Source: Eremomyces bilateralis CBS 781.70
Taxonomy: Eukaryota
DNA length: 64,000 bases
Strand: one strand, 5' to 3'
NCBI GenBank assembly: GCA_010015585.1
Contig: ML975159.1
The translations under genes and the position numbers were made by a program. The first letter of the stretch is position 1. The number at the start of each line of letters is the position of its first letter. This document shows positions 36,400-48,978 of the stretch, piece after piece. The notes beneath the pieces are model-generated. The model worked only from the letters and a program-made list of their open reading frames with translations. It was not told where the DNA came from and ran no database searches.

Positions 36400-38054
36400 G
36401 GCGGGCGGTGACGTCGATGGTGATGAGGGAGGAGGAATTTAACGGGGCGTCGATCGGTTCAACCGCTGATTTGCATCCGCACCTGAACGTCAGGACTTTG
36501 GAACGCCAAACCGTGGAGAGTGACCCAAAGTGCGCACAGCTTTCGAACGAGGAGGATTTCTCCAATGCACGGTTGATGGGAGGGAATGTTAAATGTCTAT
36601 AGTAAGATGGAAGAAAGACGCCATTAGTGATGATTGCAGGTGAGAATGGAATCAAGTGCGATGGCGTGGTTTGGGGGAAAGGAACTTTCGGCCAAGTATT
36701 ACGGAGGTGGAGAGGAATAGCGTGATTGGTATAGTGGAACGGGAAAGCCGGGGGGACAGTTGTGAAAGGTGAGGAACAGAAGAGGAGAGTCAGACTCTGT
36801 CAGAGAGGAGAGGGTAAGTGGTGAGGAGAGATCGGATGCAACATGGAACGAGGCGTATGCAGCGAGAAGGAGAAGACTTCTCTCTTCTCTCTTCGCAGAT
36901 GCTCGAATTCACCATCGATCTGTTGGTGGCGACCGGCAACAGAATCTGTAGGCCAGATCCAGTTTTCTAGATCATCTTCCTCTCGAATCACACTCACTCA
37001 CTCACTCTCCTTCTGCAGTTCTGCACGCTCACTCTTTTACAATCAATGAACCACCTGGCGTCGAACCGTTCGGCAACCTTTGTCACTTTTCTCCGCTCCT
37101 CCCTGACCGGGACAGCGGGAGGCAGCACGCGAGCGCAAAGGGGAGGGCAGGAAGAACAGTTCACTTACCAGTGGTTTACTCCGTCACGGGGGAGCACCTC
37201 AAGCTGGGTCTTTCGATGGATGAGTCCAATCCAGTCACCAACGTGAATTGGTACTGTACCAACCCGAAGATGGAAGATCTGATTCTTTGGGACCACGGCA
37301 GGATGAGGCTGGACACGACGTTGCCGGTAATCCAAGGACGGTTTGCGAGAGCTGGTGCAGCGATGTGGTGGTTTCGAGGTTCGTCACTGTGTAAAAGAGT
37401 TGGGTTGGAAATGGATGACGCAATGTCTCTTTCACTGGTGAGTTTCACTGGTTGCCGGTCCCCCGTTTCGCCTTTCGGTTCTGCGCAAACCCAGCCGCAA
37501 TATGATTCGATCCAATAAACCAGAAATCGAAACGGTGAAGATCGTCCTGCAACTTTGCGCTGATTGTAAATTGAGGGGAGCTGGTTGCGATGCGTACAAT
37601 ACAATCGCGTGGTCAGGGCCGGGGATGAGGGAAAAACGTCACGTCAGACCTGCGATGAAAGATGAAAAAAAGCGAGAGCAAAGGAGCGAAGGGGGAGAGG
37701 ACTGCGTCATTGTGCTGGGGCAGCCTGGCTCCTATGCCCTCCATGAATGTCGCTTTGTAAACTCGGCATGGTGCCCCCTGCTCGGGTTAGCGCCGTTTTC
37801 ACCATTTAAGTCGCCCGAACGAGCGGGATCCCTGCGAAATGCATCGGATTGGCTCCATTTGCCCCCTAAACCTTGCCGATGGCGAGGAAAGTAGTAGGTG
37901 ATTGGTGCGATTTGCTCCGTGCATTTCTAATCCGTCCAAATCGGAGCCGCATCTCGTGACTTTTGCGGTCGTGAAGGATCTTCGTGCCGGTTTGCCTTGC
38001 CTTCGCATAAGACGGGACATCAAAGTCCTCACGTGATGTTCAACCGCTCATAAC

Positions 38055-38083
38055 CATTGCCAATTGCCAATTGCCAATTGCCA
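38055..38083. repeat. 7-bp tandem repeat (attgcca) x4
   Basis: attgccaattgccaattgccaattgcca. A second 7-bp array, (gccgcga)x3, lies at ~38194-38220. Confidence 0.75.
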
Positions 38084-38504
38084 TGCATACGGTGGTTATT
38101 AATAGTTCGTACCTTACTAAAGACGAAGAACAGCAAAGATGAATTATAAATATTGAAAAGGAAAGGCTCGACTCCCCCTCGAGCACCATGGACGCCGCGA
38201 GCCGCGAGCCGCGAGCCGCCTGCATTGTATGCCAGATCTTGTGCTCGGCATCGTCGTACCACAGTACTGCTTCTATATGCAGCGGATAACAACACGACCG
38301 GGGCGGTTTCACTTGGCCACGGGAGATGGTTTAGGTGCTGGAGGAGACGGAGGGATGTAGGAATGGGTACGGGAACTGTGTCATTCGTGATATCGTTCCG
38401 TAAGACATGCTTTACTAGTAGATTACGTCGTCCATCCTGTGATAACTCCACTCCCTCCTCCCCACCGTAGCGTCCAGTTACCTTCTCTCCCTTCCCCATG
38501 AACC

Positions 38505-40314
38505 TCATTCAGAACCCGACTGGCCCCACCGATGTTCAACATCGAACCCCCACCGATTCACACACCCCTCCAGGTCCTTCATCAGCTCGAGAAAGTCGTC
38601 GTTCATGATCATCTTCGTAAGCATCTCATCGACCTTCGTCCGACGGGCCGCACGGTCAAGCTGGTTGTACGCCTGGAGACTGGCCGTCATCTGCGCGTCC
38701 ATGTCGAAGAGTACCGATGTCGCACTAGAGTCGACCGTGTCATTCTGTCCGGCAGATGTTGTCGGCGTCCCAGGTGAGCGAATGCTTGGCGGTATGGTAG
38801 ATGGCCTTTGAGTCGTCAATGACCGAGAGGAACCAGACGTCAGCAGGGGGGAATTAATTGGTGAGCTGATCGGTCTCGGGGGGGTTGGATGGCCCGTAAC
38901 CGAACTGGCGGATGCGGTCGCGGACAGTACCTTCGCGTTCGCCGCGCTTTGCTGAACTCCTGATGTACTAGGCGTAGGACCCAAACTCGATTCCAAGATC
39001 GCAAGTAACCTGTTAGTGGCCTCCATGGACCTCGGTGCCGATTCAAGTTTCCTCCTCTTGCTCGTCGTTCCGCCGACGGGTTGCGTGCTGGTAACCTGTG
39101 ACCGCTCGTTGGCGTCCCCCTTCTCTACGGCGTACGACGGCCGCCGAAGTGTAGCAAGATTCTCAACCACACTGGGCCGCGATAGCGAGGACCGCGGACG
39201 ATGATGCGGCAGCTGTCGGACGGGAGGGAGATGATTGGAAATCGAAAGTGGCGCGGTTGGCGCTGTAACTGGCCTTGCGGTCTCCGTACTCCCCGACACT
39301 GCTGCTGGCAGAGGCAGATGCCTTGGATGCTGTGGCGGGACTTGATCAAGGGCTATGGCTACCGTCAGTTCACAGTAGATAGATGTGAGGTACCATCACC
39401 TACTTTGAGAGGACCCATGAGTGGGACGAGACATTGCCGCCGGCGTTTCAACCGTCCGATTTGCTTCGTTTCCATGCTCTTCTACAGTAGGAGCCATGGT
39501 TCCAACATTCCCGTGTGAATATGTCGGAGTGGGGATTCTCGGTTCGTAGGAACTATACGATGGAGCTGGCTGGGTAGCTGAGTTGGTCGGTTCGGACATT
39601 GTAGGGAACGGAACTCCTTGACTGGAAGACGACCTGCTTGGCAGAGTAGAATTGCTCATAGATGGGAGTCGCGAGTTCACCCCAGACGACACGCCTAAAC
39701 CTAGTGGCACTGCACCGCTCGCCGACGGAATACCACCCCTCAACGACGTATCCGGCTTCGCCTTGTCGACCAATGGACAATTGAGCGCCTTCAGCCGCTC
39801 CAACGCTTCATCGAATTCCTTCACGGATCCGAGCCGGAGTTGGATCCGGGTGATCTGGACTCGGCGAAATAAACATATGCAATCACCATGGTTCCGACGG
39901 TCCTTACCTTCTTGTTGTCATCCGAGCTATAGCGCATGGCAATCAGCAGATCCGTCCTCCGAAACATGACAATGGTAGGAATCTGGTTCTCGAGCAGCTC
40001 CACGCCTTTCTGCGATGTGATTTTAAGAAGGTTGTTTGCCTTCTTGATTTCCTTCACGATTTCCACTGTCATCTGGGAGGCTGATGTTAGTTTAACGGAT
40101 GAAATCAACCACAAGATCTAGTCAAGCATACGAGGACTTCATGATTCCGGTGGATCTTCAGCTGATGCTCATTCGCACGGAATGAATCGAAAACCGCGAA
40201 CATATGCTCTTTCGTCTCATGGGTCCATGAGAATTCGGCTTGAGACGCATCGTCAATTGCCCAGGAGTACTTCAGCACCTGCAGCGACAGACAGGTCAAC
40301 TTCTTTTTGCCCAT
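38505..40314 (-). CDS. Putative Rec114/Rec7-like meiotic double-strand-break factor, 4 exons
   Basis: Spliced N-domain LQVLKYSW..FSWTH..LKIHRNHEVL|..LLIAMRY..KK|ITRIQLRL..FDEALERLKALNCP, then a long S/T/P-rich linker and a C-terminal helix KMIMNDDFLELMKDLEGCVNRWG. The gene itself is well supported; the family call is by motif recall only. Confidence 0.6.
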
Positions 40315-41081
40315 TGGAAGTGATCCGATGTTATAGCTTTGGCTCTCCAACGTAGGGACTTGGATGTGTATAGGAGAGTGACGCGGAAACAATAGGTATG
40401 TCTGGTTCAATACAGCACTCACACAATTGACCGCCCGTCCATTGAATCATAAAGAATGCAGTGTGGGATATTGTCTGATGGAGGAATTAGTAGTGGGTTA
40501 GTGGGGGATTGCAACGCTCTCAAGGATTCCATCATCACCGCCTACAGGTACTCTGTACAGGCACATGTACAGTATTAGACTGGTGTCATCTGTTCACTCT
40601 GACCGCTTTTGATAAGGGAAAGAACGCTGTTGGCGCCTGCCCCGTTCAACAAACATTGGTGGTTCAGGAGGCAGGAGCACTAATGAGGTTGAGAAGGGGA
40701 GCGATTGGATATTAGCCAGAGATCATCCGGAATTTAGCCATAATTTAGCCGAACAGGGTTCTACCATTCAACGCGCTTCGCGACGGGAATGCGCTCCTGG
40801 AGAAACGTCTTCATTCAAACGCTATTGAACCTTGAGCTCTAGAAAGTCCCACCGTATGAACGTTTTTACTCACATGTGAATTGTTCTCTAGAAACCACCA
40901 TCGCGATCTCCATTTGACGAACCTGAACCCCGTTCTACATCTTTCCCACCGCCAGCCTCAGCTCCTCCAATCCAATCTTTACTTCGATATCCCTGCCAAC
41001 CCATGAGCAGTCGAACAGCGCGCATCGCCATAGACTTATCCACGGAGAATCATTGAGGAGGGAGGATCGTCGCTGGGCAAG

Positions 41082-44000
41082 ATGGCGCCTCCGGCGATCC
41101 CAGCCGAAGACACAATCGAGCGGACCCCAGAGTATGAGGCTTTCATCAAGGGTCTTGAGGAGTACTCTGAGAAGAGAGGGTAGGTGCCTTTCTACAATCG
41201 TATCGTTCGATCGCTAATGTGGGTTGTCCCTTATTTAGAACTCGCCTTGATAAAGAGCCGAAGATCGGTGCCCGTCATCTCGATTTACTCAAGCTCTATA
41301 AACGCGTGACCGACGAAGGAGGCTACGATATCGTCTCCGATACCAAAGGGAATAAGCTAGCATGGAGGAGAATCGCATCCGAGCTTCTGCCACCTTCGGC
41401 GCAAATAGGGACGTTGGCTTTCATGGTGAAGACCGCGTATTATAAAAACTTGGCGTGAGTGGATATACACTGACCAGAGGCATCGCCAAGACTAACTTTC
41501 CTCAGCGCATATGAGATCTCGACTCTCCACAAGAAGGAGCCCCCACCAAGGGAGATCCTCGAAGATCTCACCGCAAAAGGTGGTGACTTGTTGAATCGTA
41601 CCCTTGAGAATTATCGACCCCGACTAAACCGTGAGACGGAGTTCCTCGCCAATGGAAAGGAGGGAGAAACCGATGGCTCCGATGCCGACGGACAACGCAC
41701 TCCCAAGGATGACAAGATGGACTTGGATGAGCTGGCGAACTCTGCTGGCGCTAGAACTACAAGATGTAAGTTATTGAAGCCCAAAGACTCGCGCGTCTCA
41801 TCAGACGAGGTCTAATCAGCTTGTCCAGCACTCCGACATAATCCTCCCCAGCGAGCTCTCTTTCAACCCGACGTCCTACCGGCAAGGCAAAGTCGGACCA
41901 GCATTAACCAGACACAATCCCCCACTCCTGTTGCGGCCAGCCAACAACCCACAACGAACGGAGTGAGCAGCGTCCCTCCAAATTCTGTCGTCCTTGCCAA
42001 CTACGACCCCAAACCTCAAGTTCCGTCGGCGGTGAAGCCGGTCAATACTCCATCCAACAACCCGGAGCTGTTCCGACAACTCCGGGAGAGGCAGACGGCC
42101 AAGAAACCTTTTCCGGGCGTCCAGAAGGGCCTCATGATGCCTGGGACCGGGTATCCTGGGGCAAATATCTATATTCGCGCCCAGATGGCGTTGATGTCGG
42201 GAATCCCGACGGAGGTCAAGTACGCATTGCACCATCTGGTCAAGATTTCTCATGAACGGGGTGATAAGTATCGGTTCGACGCGTTCTCTAATCTCGCGGA
42301 GGCCCTTATGGGAGTCGTGCTCGAAGTCAGTGTTCTTTATTACGGAGTCAAATGGCAAGTGTCCTATAGCAATGAGGAATCGGCCGAGCCATATGTCTTG
42401 AACGGTCTGGAGGGAACCCGGAACCTCTTACAGAAACTGGAGGAACTCCCGATCATCGAACCCGCCGACAGCTTGGAGACCCAACACTTTGCGTTATCCA
42501 TGCAGAACGTAAACGAAGCCGCCCTTGTTCTGCGCAATATGGTTCTCCTCGAGGAGAATGCGAAGTACCTCTCGTCAACCCCCCTCATCCGCGACACAAT
42601 CGCCATTGTCCTCGACCTCCCGAACCGCCCCGCGTTGAGCGAAGTCAAGCACTATGCTCTTGAGATCGTCGAGCAGCTCACCAAGTTCTTCATCCTACCC
42701 GCGGACGATCCACTCTACTTGACTCTGCTTGCGCAGTTGAAGAGCGAAGATCGCGGCACCCTCATCACGACTATGAGAGCGCTGAGCAGGATCGGCATCG
42801 ATCTGGAGACGAAATACACGTTACAAAACGTCCCCGAGACTACGTTGTCAAGCATAAACGACTTCCTCCTTGTCGATGATGAAGAGCTACGAGGAGCATG
42901 TCTAGATTTCTTCTATCAGTTCACCGCCTCTGTCGAGAACGTCGAGTTTCTCCTTCACGCCATCAATCTCGACACCCTGGTCGCCCAGCTGGTTCGTCTA
43001 CTTATGCATGGCGCTCAGTACATTAATATGACCCCGAAAGTCATAACTCCCCCTAAGCCCCAGCCTCCTGCAGAGATGCCTCCGAAGCTTTGCGCTTCGA
43101 TCCTAGATAAACTATGCCGGATCGACGATCCACGTGAATTGGCATCTCAATGGTAAGCTTTGAGCCGTCTTTGATCTATTTTCATCTCTTAATGTGGAAC
43201 AGGATACGGATGTGTTTCGAGGAGGACCAGGCCTCCGAAATTACCCAGATCAACCTCTGGAATGCATACAATGCCACCTTCTCTCCCAACGCCCAAGCCA
43301 ACCCCTCGCGGCCTCTGATGAACGCCAAGGATTTCATTTCCAACGTCTCCTCCGTTCTCCCCGCCGCCACCGCCCAGTTGACCCATGGCAACCCTCCGAA
43401 ATACACCATCCGCGGAATCCGCCCCCGTCACATTCCCGTCGATTCTCGCGGGATCCCGTACATCAAGTGCAAATGGCACCTGGAACGAACCGAAGGTGCC
43501 ATGGACGTTGACTACGCCGCCCCCCTCGAATGCGACGAGCTCTCCCCCAACGTCGAAGAACTCTGGAACCACATTGTCGCCTCCCACCTCCACGTCCCCC
43601 GCCGCTCCGACGGCAAATTCGACCCCTCCCCCACCCCTCCCCTGGGCCACCGCTATCTCTGCCACTGGGGCGGCTGCACCAAATACTCCCCCCACGGCGC
43701 CTCCGGCCCGCGCGAAGCCGCCGCCCACGTCAAGGTGCACCTCCCCGACGACTCCGCCAAAGGCGCGCAGCGGCAAAAATACAACCGCACGGCCGACGAT
43801 CCGGCCGTCACGGTGCGCACGGAGACGCCGCGCACGTACTGGAACACGGCAACGGACGAGCGGAACGACCCGACGGGGTTACCGCTGGCGTCGGTGCTGG
43901 TGCTGCGGAACCTGGCGCGGCAGATGGGGAAGCTAGACGCGGCGGGGGAGGCGCGGGGGACAGGGCGGCCGTGGGATGCGGCGCCGGTAGGGGTGGGGTT

Positions 44001-44127
44001 GGTGGAGAAGGTGTTCGCGACGTATCGGGAGGAGCTGTACTACGTGATGGCATTTAATCTGTCGTTGCGGGAGTATATCCATAGTCTGGTGCGGGCGATC
44101 GCGGCGGTGTCGGGGGGTGTGTTTTGA
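41082..44127 (+). CDS. RSC9: RSC chromatin remodelling complex subunit Rsc9 (ARID domain), multi-exon
   Basis: IERTPEYEAFI..KRG|, ARID motif LDLLKLYKRVTDEGGYD..AYYKNLA|AYE, YALHHLVKISHERGDKY, EITQINLWNAY, LASVLVLRNLAR. Confidence 0.93.
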
Positions 44128-44672
44128 GTTGAAGGACATGTATTCTTGCACTTTTATGGTTCGGGCATAGGAACACGGTCGCACGGTGTTTATGAGGGCC
44201 GTCAAGGTTTATCGATCTGGTGGAATGGCGATTTACGGTGCTTTGCATATCGAGACGATGGGCGCAAGCTTCCGTCTCGATCGGGATGACGAGGCGCGTA
44301 TCATCGAGGCTTTTTCGGGTTACGCGTCCACGACGCGGTCAATGGCTCATAGGTGTACATTAGAGGATCCATAAAGTCTAATGGCATTTCACTATCCAGT
44401 AGCGTCTATCCAGCGCCGATGAGAGCCTGTTGTAGGGGTATATATTGGCAACGCCGATTGCCCCTTGCTTTCATATCAGGCTCGTTCGGTGAGATCGGTG
44501 ATGAATGCAATCCCATGCGCCCAATCTGATGCGCCAATCGTCCATCGAAAACGCCGAAACATGCCTATTGTGCTGCAACTCAGTCCATCACTGCCATGAC
44601 TCCATAACAGTATCATGGACTCCCCTAGGGTCCCCTCTCGCGCCTCTCGTGACGGGACCGGTATCAGATCCT

Positions 44673-45581
44673 TCATTCAGTCAATTTCAACCCTTCCACC
44701 GCGCTCCGCAGCTCCTCCTCCCGTTTTCCCCGCCAAAACCGCCGATGCTCCCTTAACACCTCGTCCGCTTCCAGCTCGTCCATGTCCACCAGGTACCCAC
44801 TGATATGGACGATTTGCCACTCCGTAGTACTCAGGGTCTGTTCCTTCGTAGCCAGCGCCTGTCGGAACTCCTTCGGCAGCCACATGTTGCTGGGGAGGTC
44901 CTTCGAACCTTTCTGCCGCATAAACGCGTCAACAATCGCCTCCCGGAGCGGCGAATCCGGTGCTGTGTTCTCGTAGATCTCGTCGATTGCCTGTGCATGC
45001 CTCTCATTGCTAAAGTCGAACCTGGCGGCGTCCCCGTTCTTATCTCGGATCGAGTTCAGAAACAGCTGCATAGCTTCATTCTGCAGCCTCCGCGCCGCGA
45101 TCCGGTCGCCAAAAATCCACAACTGACAAAGATCAATCCAAGCCGGCCCGCCGCAGCCGAACATGCCGAACATACCGAACACCTGCCCGGTATACAGCCA
45201 CGCGACGAACGCCGCGACGATGCGCGGGTCGTCGTCGAGGAGGTTTACGGTCTTGGTGGTGCCCTCTCTAAAACGGCCGTTGAGGGCGCGGGAGAAGAAG
45301 GGGGAGGCAGAGCAGAGGAGGGCCTGATGGATGTGGAAGGTGGTGAGCGGGGTAGAGCCGACGTTGAGGGTGGCGATGGGCGAGGTGAGGATGGAGATGT
45401 CGAGGATGGGGAGGTTGCATTTTCGGCGTTTGAGTTTGTGGAAGGGGATGGTTTTGCGGTTTGAGGGGGATGGTTGGGGTTCCTTGGGTTGCTGGAGGCT
45501 CTTTCGGGCTGGCTCGGATGGTCGTCCTTGGGAGTGTCCAGTCGGCGGTTGGACGATGGATGGGGCGGTAAGTGGTGTCAT
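44673..45581 (-). CDS. BTB/POZ domain protein
   Basis: TLNVGS..FHIHQALLCSASPFFSRALNGRFREGTTKTVNLLDDDPRIVAAFVAWLYTG, LWIFGDRI..LQNEAM, IYENTAPDSPLR. Start codon uncertain (ORF is open to 45698). Confidence 0.85.
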   Translation of the reverse strand: MTPLTAPSIVQPPTGHSQGRPSEPARKSLQQPKEPQPSPSNRKTIPFHKLKRRKCNLPILDISILTSPIATLNVGSTPLTTFHIHQALLCSASPFFSRALNGRFREGTTKTVNLLDDDPRIVAAFVAWLYTGQVFGMFGMFGCGGPAWIDLCQLWIFGDRIAARRLQNEAMQLFLNSIRDKNGDAARFDFSNERHAQAIDEIYENTAPDSPLREAIVDAFMRQKGSKDLPSNMWLPKEFRQALATKEQTLSTTEWQIVHISGYLVDMDELEADEVLREHRRFWRGKREEELRSAVEGLKLTE

Positions 45582-46744
45582 TGTATTTGACTGATTGATT
45601 TGCGCTCGCGTGCGAGAAAGAGGATAATCGAATGAAATTTGGAGGACTGGCATGAAGAGTGAGGGTGTCTCAGGGAAATGAGGTTGATGATGGAACATAG
45701 GGCCTCGAGGAACAACAGGGAAATAATCCAGTCGCGGTTAGTGAGTGTTCACCGAATACCGTGGCTCGTGTTAACCTCCTGGTAATCAACACTGTCGAGA
45801 CTGTAAGAGGTATATATCTAGGAGAGAGTGATGCTGGAGAGAAGCATCAAGGAGGTTACAGGATTGTAGGTACGCAAAGGTGACATAGAAATGTGAATAA
45901 TTTAGCTCTAAGTACTAGTAACTAAGAGGACAATACACTAGGTTACAATGCCCATCTCAGCTTACTTTACCGTAAGTACCGGCACTTCTCGAAAACATGG
46001 GGATATCAAATAATTAGGAGGATGCGAGGTTGGTTTCGGGTGACATGATGGTGAGGAGGCGCAAGGCTGCCATATCCATCATGAGTCAAGTGCAGGCAAC
46101 AGCTTCAACATTTCCGTGTCACAACAACAGAGATCACTGTTGTCATCTTCACGATACCAGTGAAATATTCCATATTTTCGTTTGGAGCAGTTATCTTAAC
46201 TTCTCAACATGAAGTGTTTTGGCAAAACGTCACCTTTGAGTCTTTAATGTCAACCCACGATGCGGAACCAATCCCGCGCCCCGCCATTAATTAGCCCCTG
46301 ACGCTACTCTAGAGTACCTTACCTCTCTGTCAGTGTCCAGGTCCATATAGATGTCCTCGACTTCCATGACTGCCAACATATATAGTCAACCCGGCGTTGG
46401 AGGGATAGACACTTTATACGGGAAAAAAAGGCAAGGAGGAGAGATAAGACGAAGAATAATATGTAGAACAGTTCTTGGTACTTCCCGAGCTCGGCTGCCT
46501 CTCCATGAACCTGGTGAACGGTAATGCAGAAGTGTTGTTGCATAAAGAGTTTTCACCCTTCTCATCTTGTAGACTTTAGAAAATAGTTATATTGCAATAC
46601 CAGAGACATCTCAGCCCCTGCATATCTTCATACTCTTAAAATTAGCCTCTTATATATTCTAAACTTAAACTAATGCCTTTGTAGTGCCTCTGTGTGGTGA
46701 TGAACGATGGGATGCCTCAATATACCTAATTAGGAAATTCACGT

Positions 46745-46985
46745 CATACACACAATTTTGGGAACTCGTGTCTGCTTTATGGTAAATAAAGACATCCCCC
46801 TCAGCCAATGGTCATTTTAACCGTACAGCCTATTAGTCGCTGTCCTACGGCTGCAAACCGCCATCGGTAACATCAACCTTATCAACGTCTATAACCCGAA
46901 GACAACGGCCCGAGAATCCGGTGCTGGGAGACCATCCAAACAGTCCTATCAGACATCGAGGAAAAAGAAGTCTTACTCCTAACAC
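46745..46985 (+). mobile_element. Degenerate non-LTR retrotransposon (LINE/Tad1-like) APE endonuclease fragment
   Basis: Translates as TRVCFMVNKDIPLSQWSF*PYSLLVAVLRLQTAIGNINLINVYNP, then after a frameshift WETIQTVLSDIEEKEVLLL. Resembles the RVCFYV..W..NVYNP..LLGDFN region, truncated before GDFN. Confidence 0.65.
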
Positions 46986-47718
46986 AATGACACGACCTAT
47001 AACTCCTCACACCGACAGGCGAGGTACCATGGAAAAGAAGCATCCAAGAAAGTGTCATCGACCTTACATTCGCTACCGCGCAGCTCCTTTGCCCCCTGTT
47101 CTCTGGCTTCGCTCTTTCTAATAATGCGTCGTGGCGCCATTGTCAAGACGTTTCTTTGAATAGACGTAGAGAAAGAACTTTTGCTGCTTGGAGCGTTGAT
47201 GGCGTCGACTACCGCCGAACTGATGAAACTGGAACTGAAGCAGAGGACTGTGGACTGCGAACAAGACTGGAAAACTAGGGAAAATACGGCTTCTTTACAA
47301 TCCTTACCATGGTTGCAGAGAGAGTATTTTCGACGGACCCTCGTCTTTCGGCGGTATTGACCCTCTGATTTCGACCTCTTATATACCGCCGGGAGAGTTA
47401 TGGGGAACTCCCATTGCTGTATGTTTTTGATTTTGGTTCTTCCTTGATCTCCGCGAAAGCTGAACGCGGCGACCATGTGGTTTTGTCAGCTCCAAATCAT
47501 ACACTTGGTTGCTAAGGGTCTGGTCGACATAGTGCCATGCAAACACCGGCATTTAAGGAGGAGTCCTTTGAGATCAGCCTATCACCCGAGCACATCAAGA
47601 ATAGTCGGGTTTGATATGTACTTTGCCCAGTACGCGACGTACCTCATGACTGAGACGATCTACAGAAAGCATTGCAAGGATGAAGGAAGGAACTGGAAAG
47701 GGAGCTAGCTCTGCAACA

Positions 47719-47741
47719 ATATATATATATTTATATATATA
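47719..47741. repeat. Imperfect (TA)n microsatellite
   Basis: atatatatatatttatatatata. Confidence 0.8.
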
Positions 47742-48283
47742 CACTTGAGTACGGTATCTGGCGGTGTACATGCCATTTCGTATAATTCCTCTGTTCAGTC
47801 ATCTCTACGGTACCCTCTCCCCAGCTTTCACTTACCAAACACACTAAATATTCTTCGCATGTATGGAGAATTGGCGAAAACCTTGCGGAAGTGCCAGAGA
47901 TGGAGCCGGAAGAAGAGCCGGTGGACAGGGTGAGAAAGTACAAAGAGAGTGGTGAGATCGAGAAAATTCCGTATCCTCTTCTACGAGGATGATTTCAATC
48001 TCGGAGGAGATTTCCTTTGCCCCCATCTTTCTCGCATTAGTTTTCCACGACAACCGCTCTCATGGACGATAGTGTTTATAGAATGTGGATGGTCTGGCTG
48101 TTGTTGGAGCCGATATGGACCGGGATTCCCCACGCCAGCCCCCTCATCCCCAAGATGCGTCATCTCAAGGCGTCATCTCAAATCAATGGGATATCAACTT
48201 CAACATTCCAAATATATGGTCATACAAATCTCAAACCCTACCCATCATATATATTTGCCCCTCTGCACCATAAAGGAAGCCTC

Positions 48284-48978
48284 ATGCGCTTCTTGAACGT
48301 CCAATTCCTCCTACGATCGTTATACGCATTCTCGAAATCCACCACACGAACAGGTCCATTCCAAAGAACCACTGGCAACTCATCTCGTCCCGTATATCAT
48401 ATGTCCGGGATTCCATTCATTGGATCATTCTTTAGCACCAGCCGCAAAGCATCTTCCAACATGTCATACCCAGTCCAGAAGTCTGACGACGACTGGCGGG
48501 CAGTCCTGTCACCTGGTAAGACGTCCAAACTACTTCACACTCCATCCGTTTGGCCCACCCGCCGCAAAATCAAGCAATCACCATGACTGACTCTCCTCGA
48601 GCCCAGTTCAAAGTCATCCGCGAAAAAGGCACCGAAGCGCCGTTTACGGGAGAATACGACCAACACCAGCCCACCACCGGCGTGTACAACTGCGCCGCGT
48701 GCGACGCGCCGATCTACAAGGCGAACCACAAATTCAAGTCCGGGTGCGGATGGCCCGCGTTTTTTGACGCCGTGCCGAACGCCGTAGTGCGCCATGAGGA
48801 TACTACGCTCGGCATGACGCGGACAGAGATCGTGTGCGCCAACTGCGGCGGGCACCTGGGACATATCTTCAAGGGGGAAGGGTATGATACGCCGACCGAT
48901 GAGCGGCACTGTGTGAATAGTGTTAGTATCAAGTTTCACGAGAACGAGAAGAGCGAGGCGAAGGAGTCGAAGGCATGA
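48284..48978 (+). CDS. msrB: Peptide methionine-R-sulfoxide reductase MsrB, 2 exons
   Basis: MSYPVQKSDDDWRAVLSP|AQFKVIREKGTE, zinc ligands CAAC and CANC, KFKSGCGWPAF, GHLGHIF, RHCVNSVS. In-frame ATGs at 48284, 48401 and 48461. Confidence 0.95.

Noticed and set aside
36589..36625. Short upstream ORF (MASFFHLTIDI) in the atfA leader
   Set aside because: Its ATG overlaps a ctaat branch-like site followed by a pyrimidine tract and tag, so it is more likely the 3' end of a 5'UTR intron that removes the ATG.
40712..40752. Repeated TTAGCC upstream of the Rec114-like gene as URS1 meiotic elements
   Set aside because: They lack the GCCGCC core of URS1 (TAGCCGCCGA) and are only partial matches.
48964..48978. 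MsrB C-terminal SKA as a PTS1
   Set aside because: The terminal residue does not fit the (S/A/C)(K/R/H)(L/M) consensus, so there is too little support.
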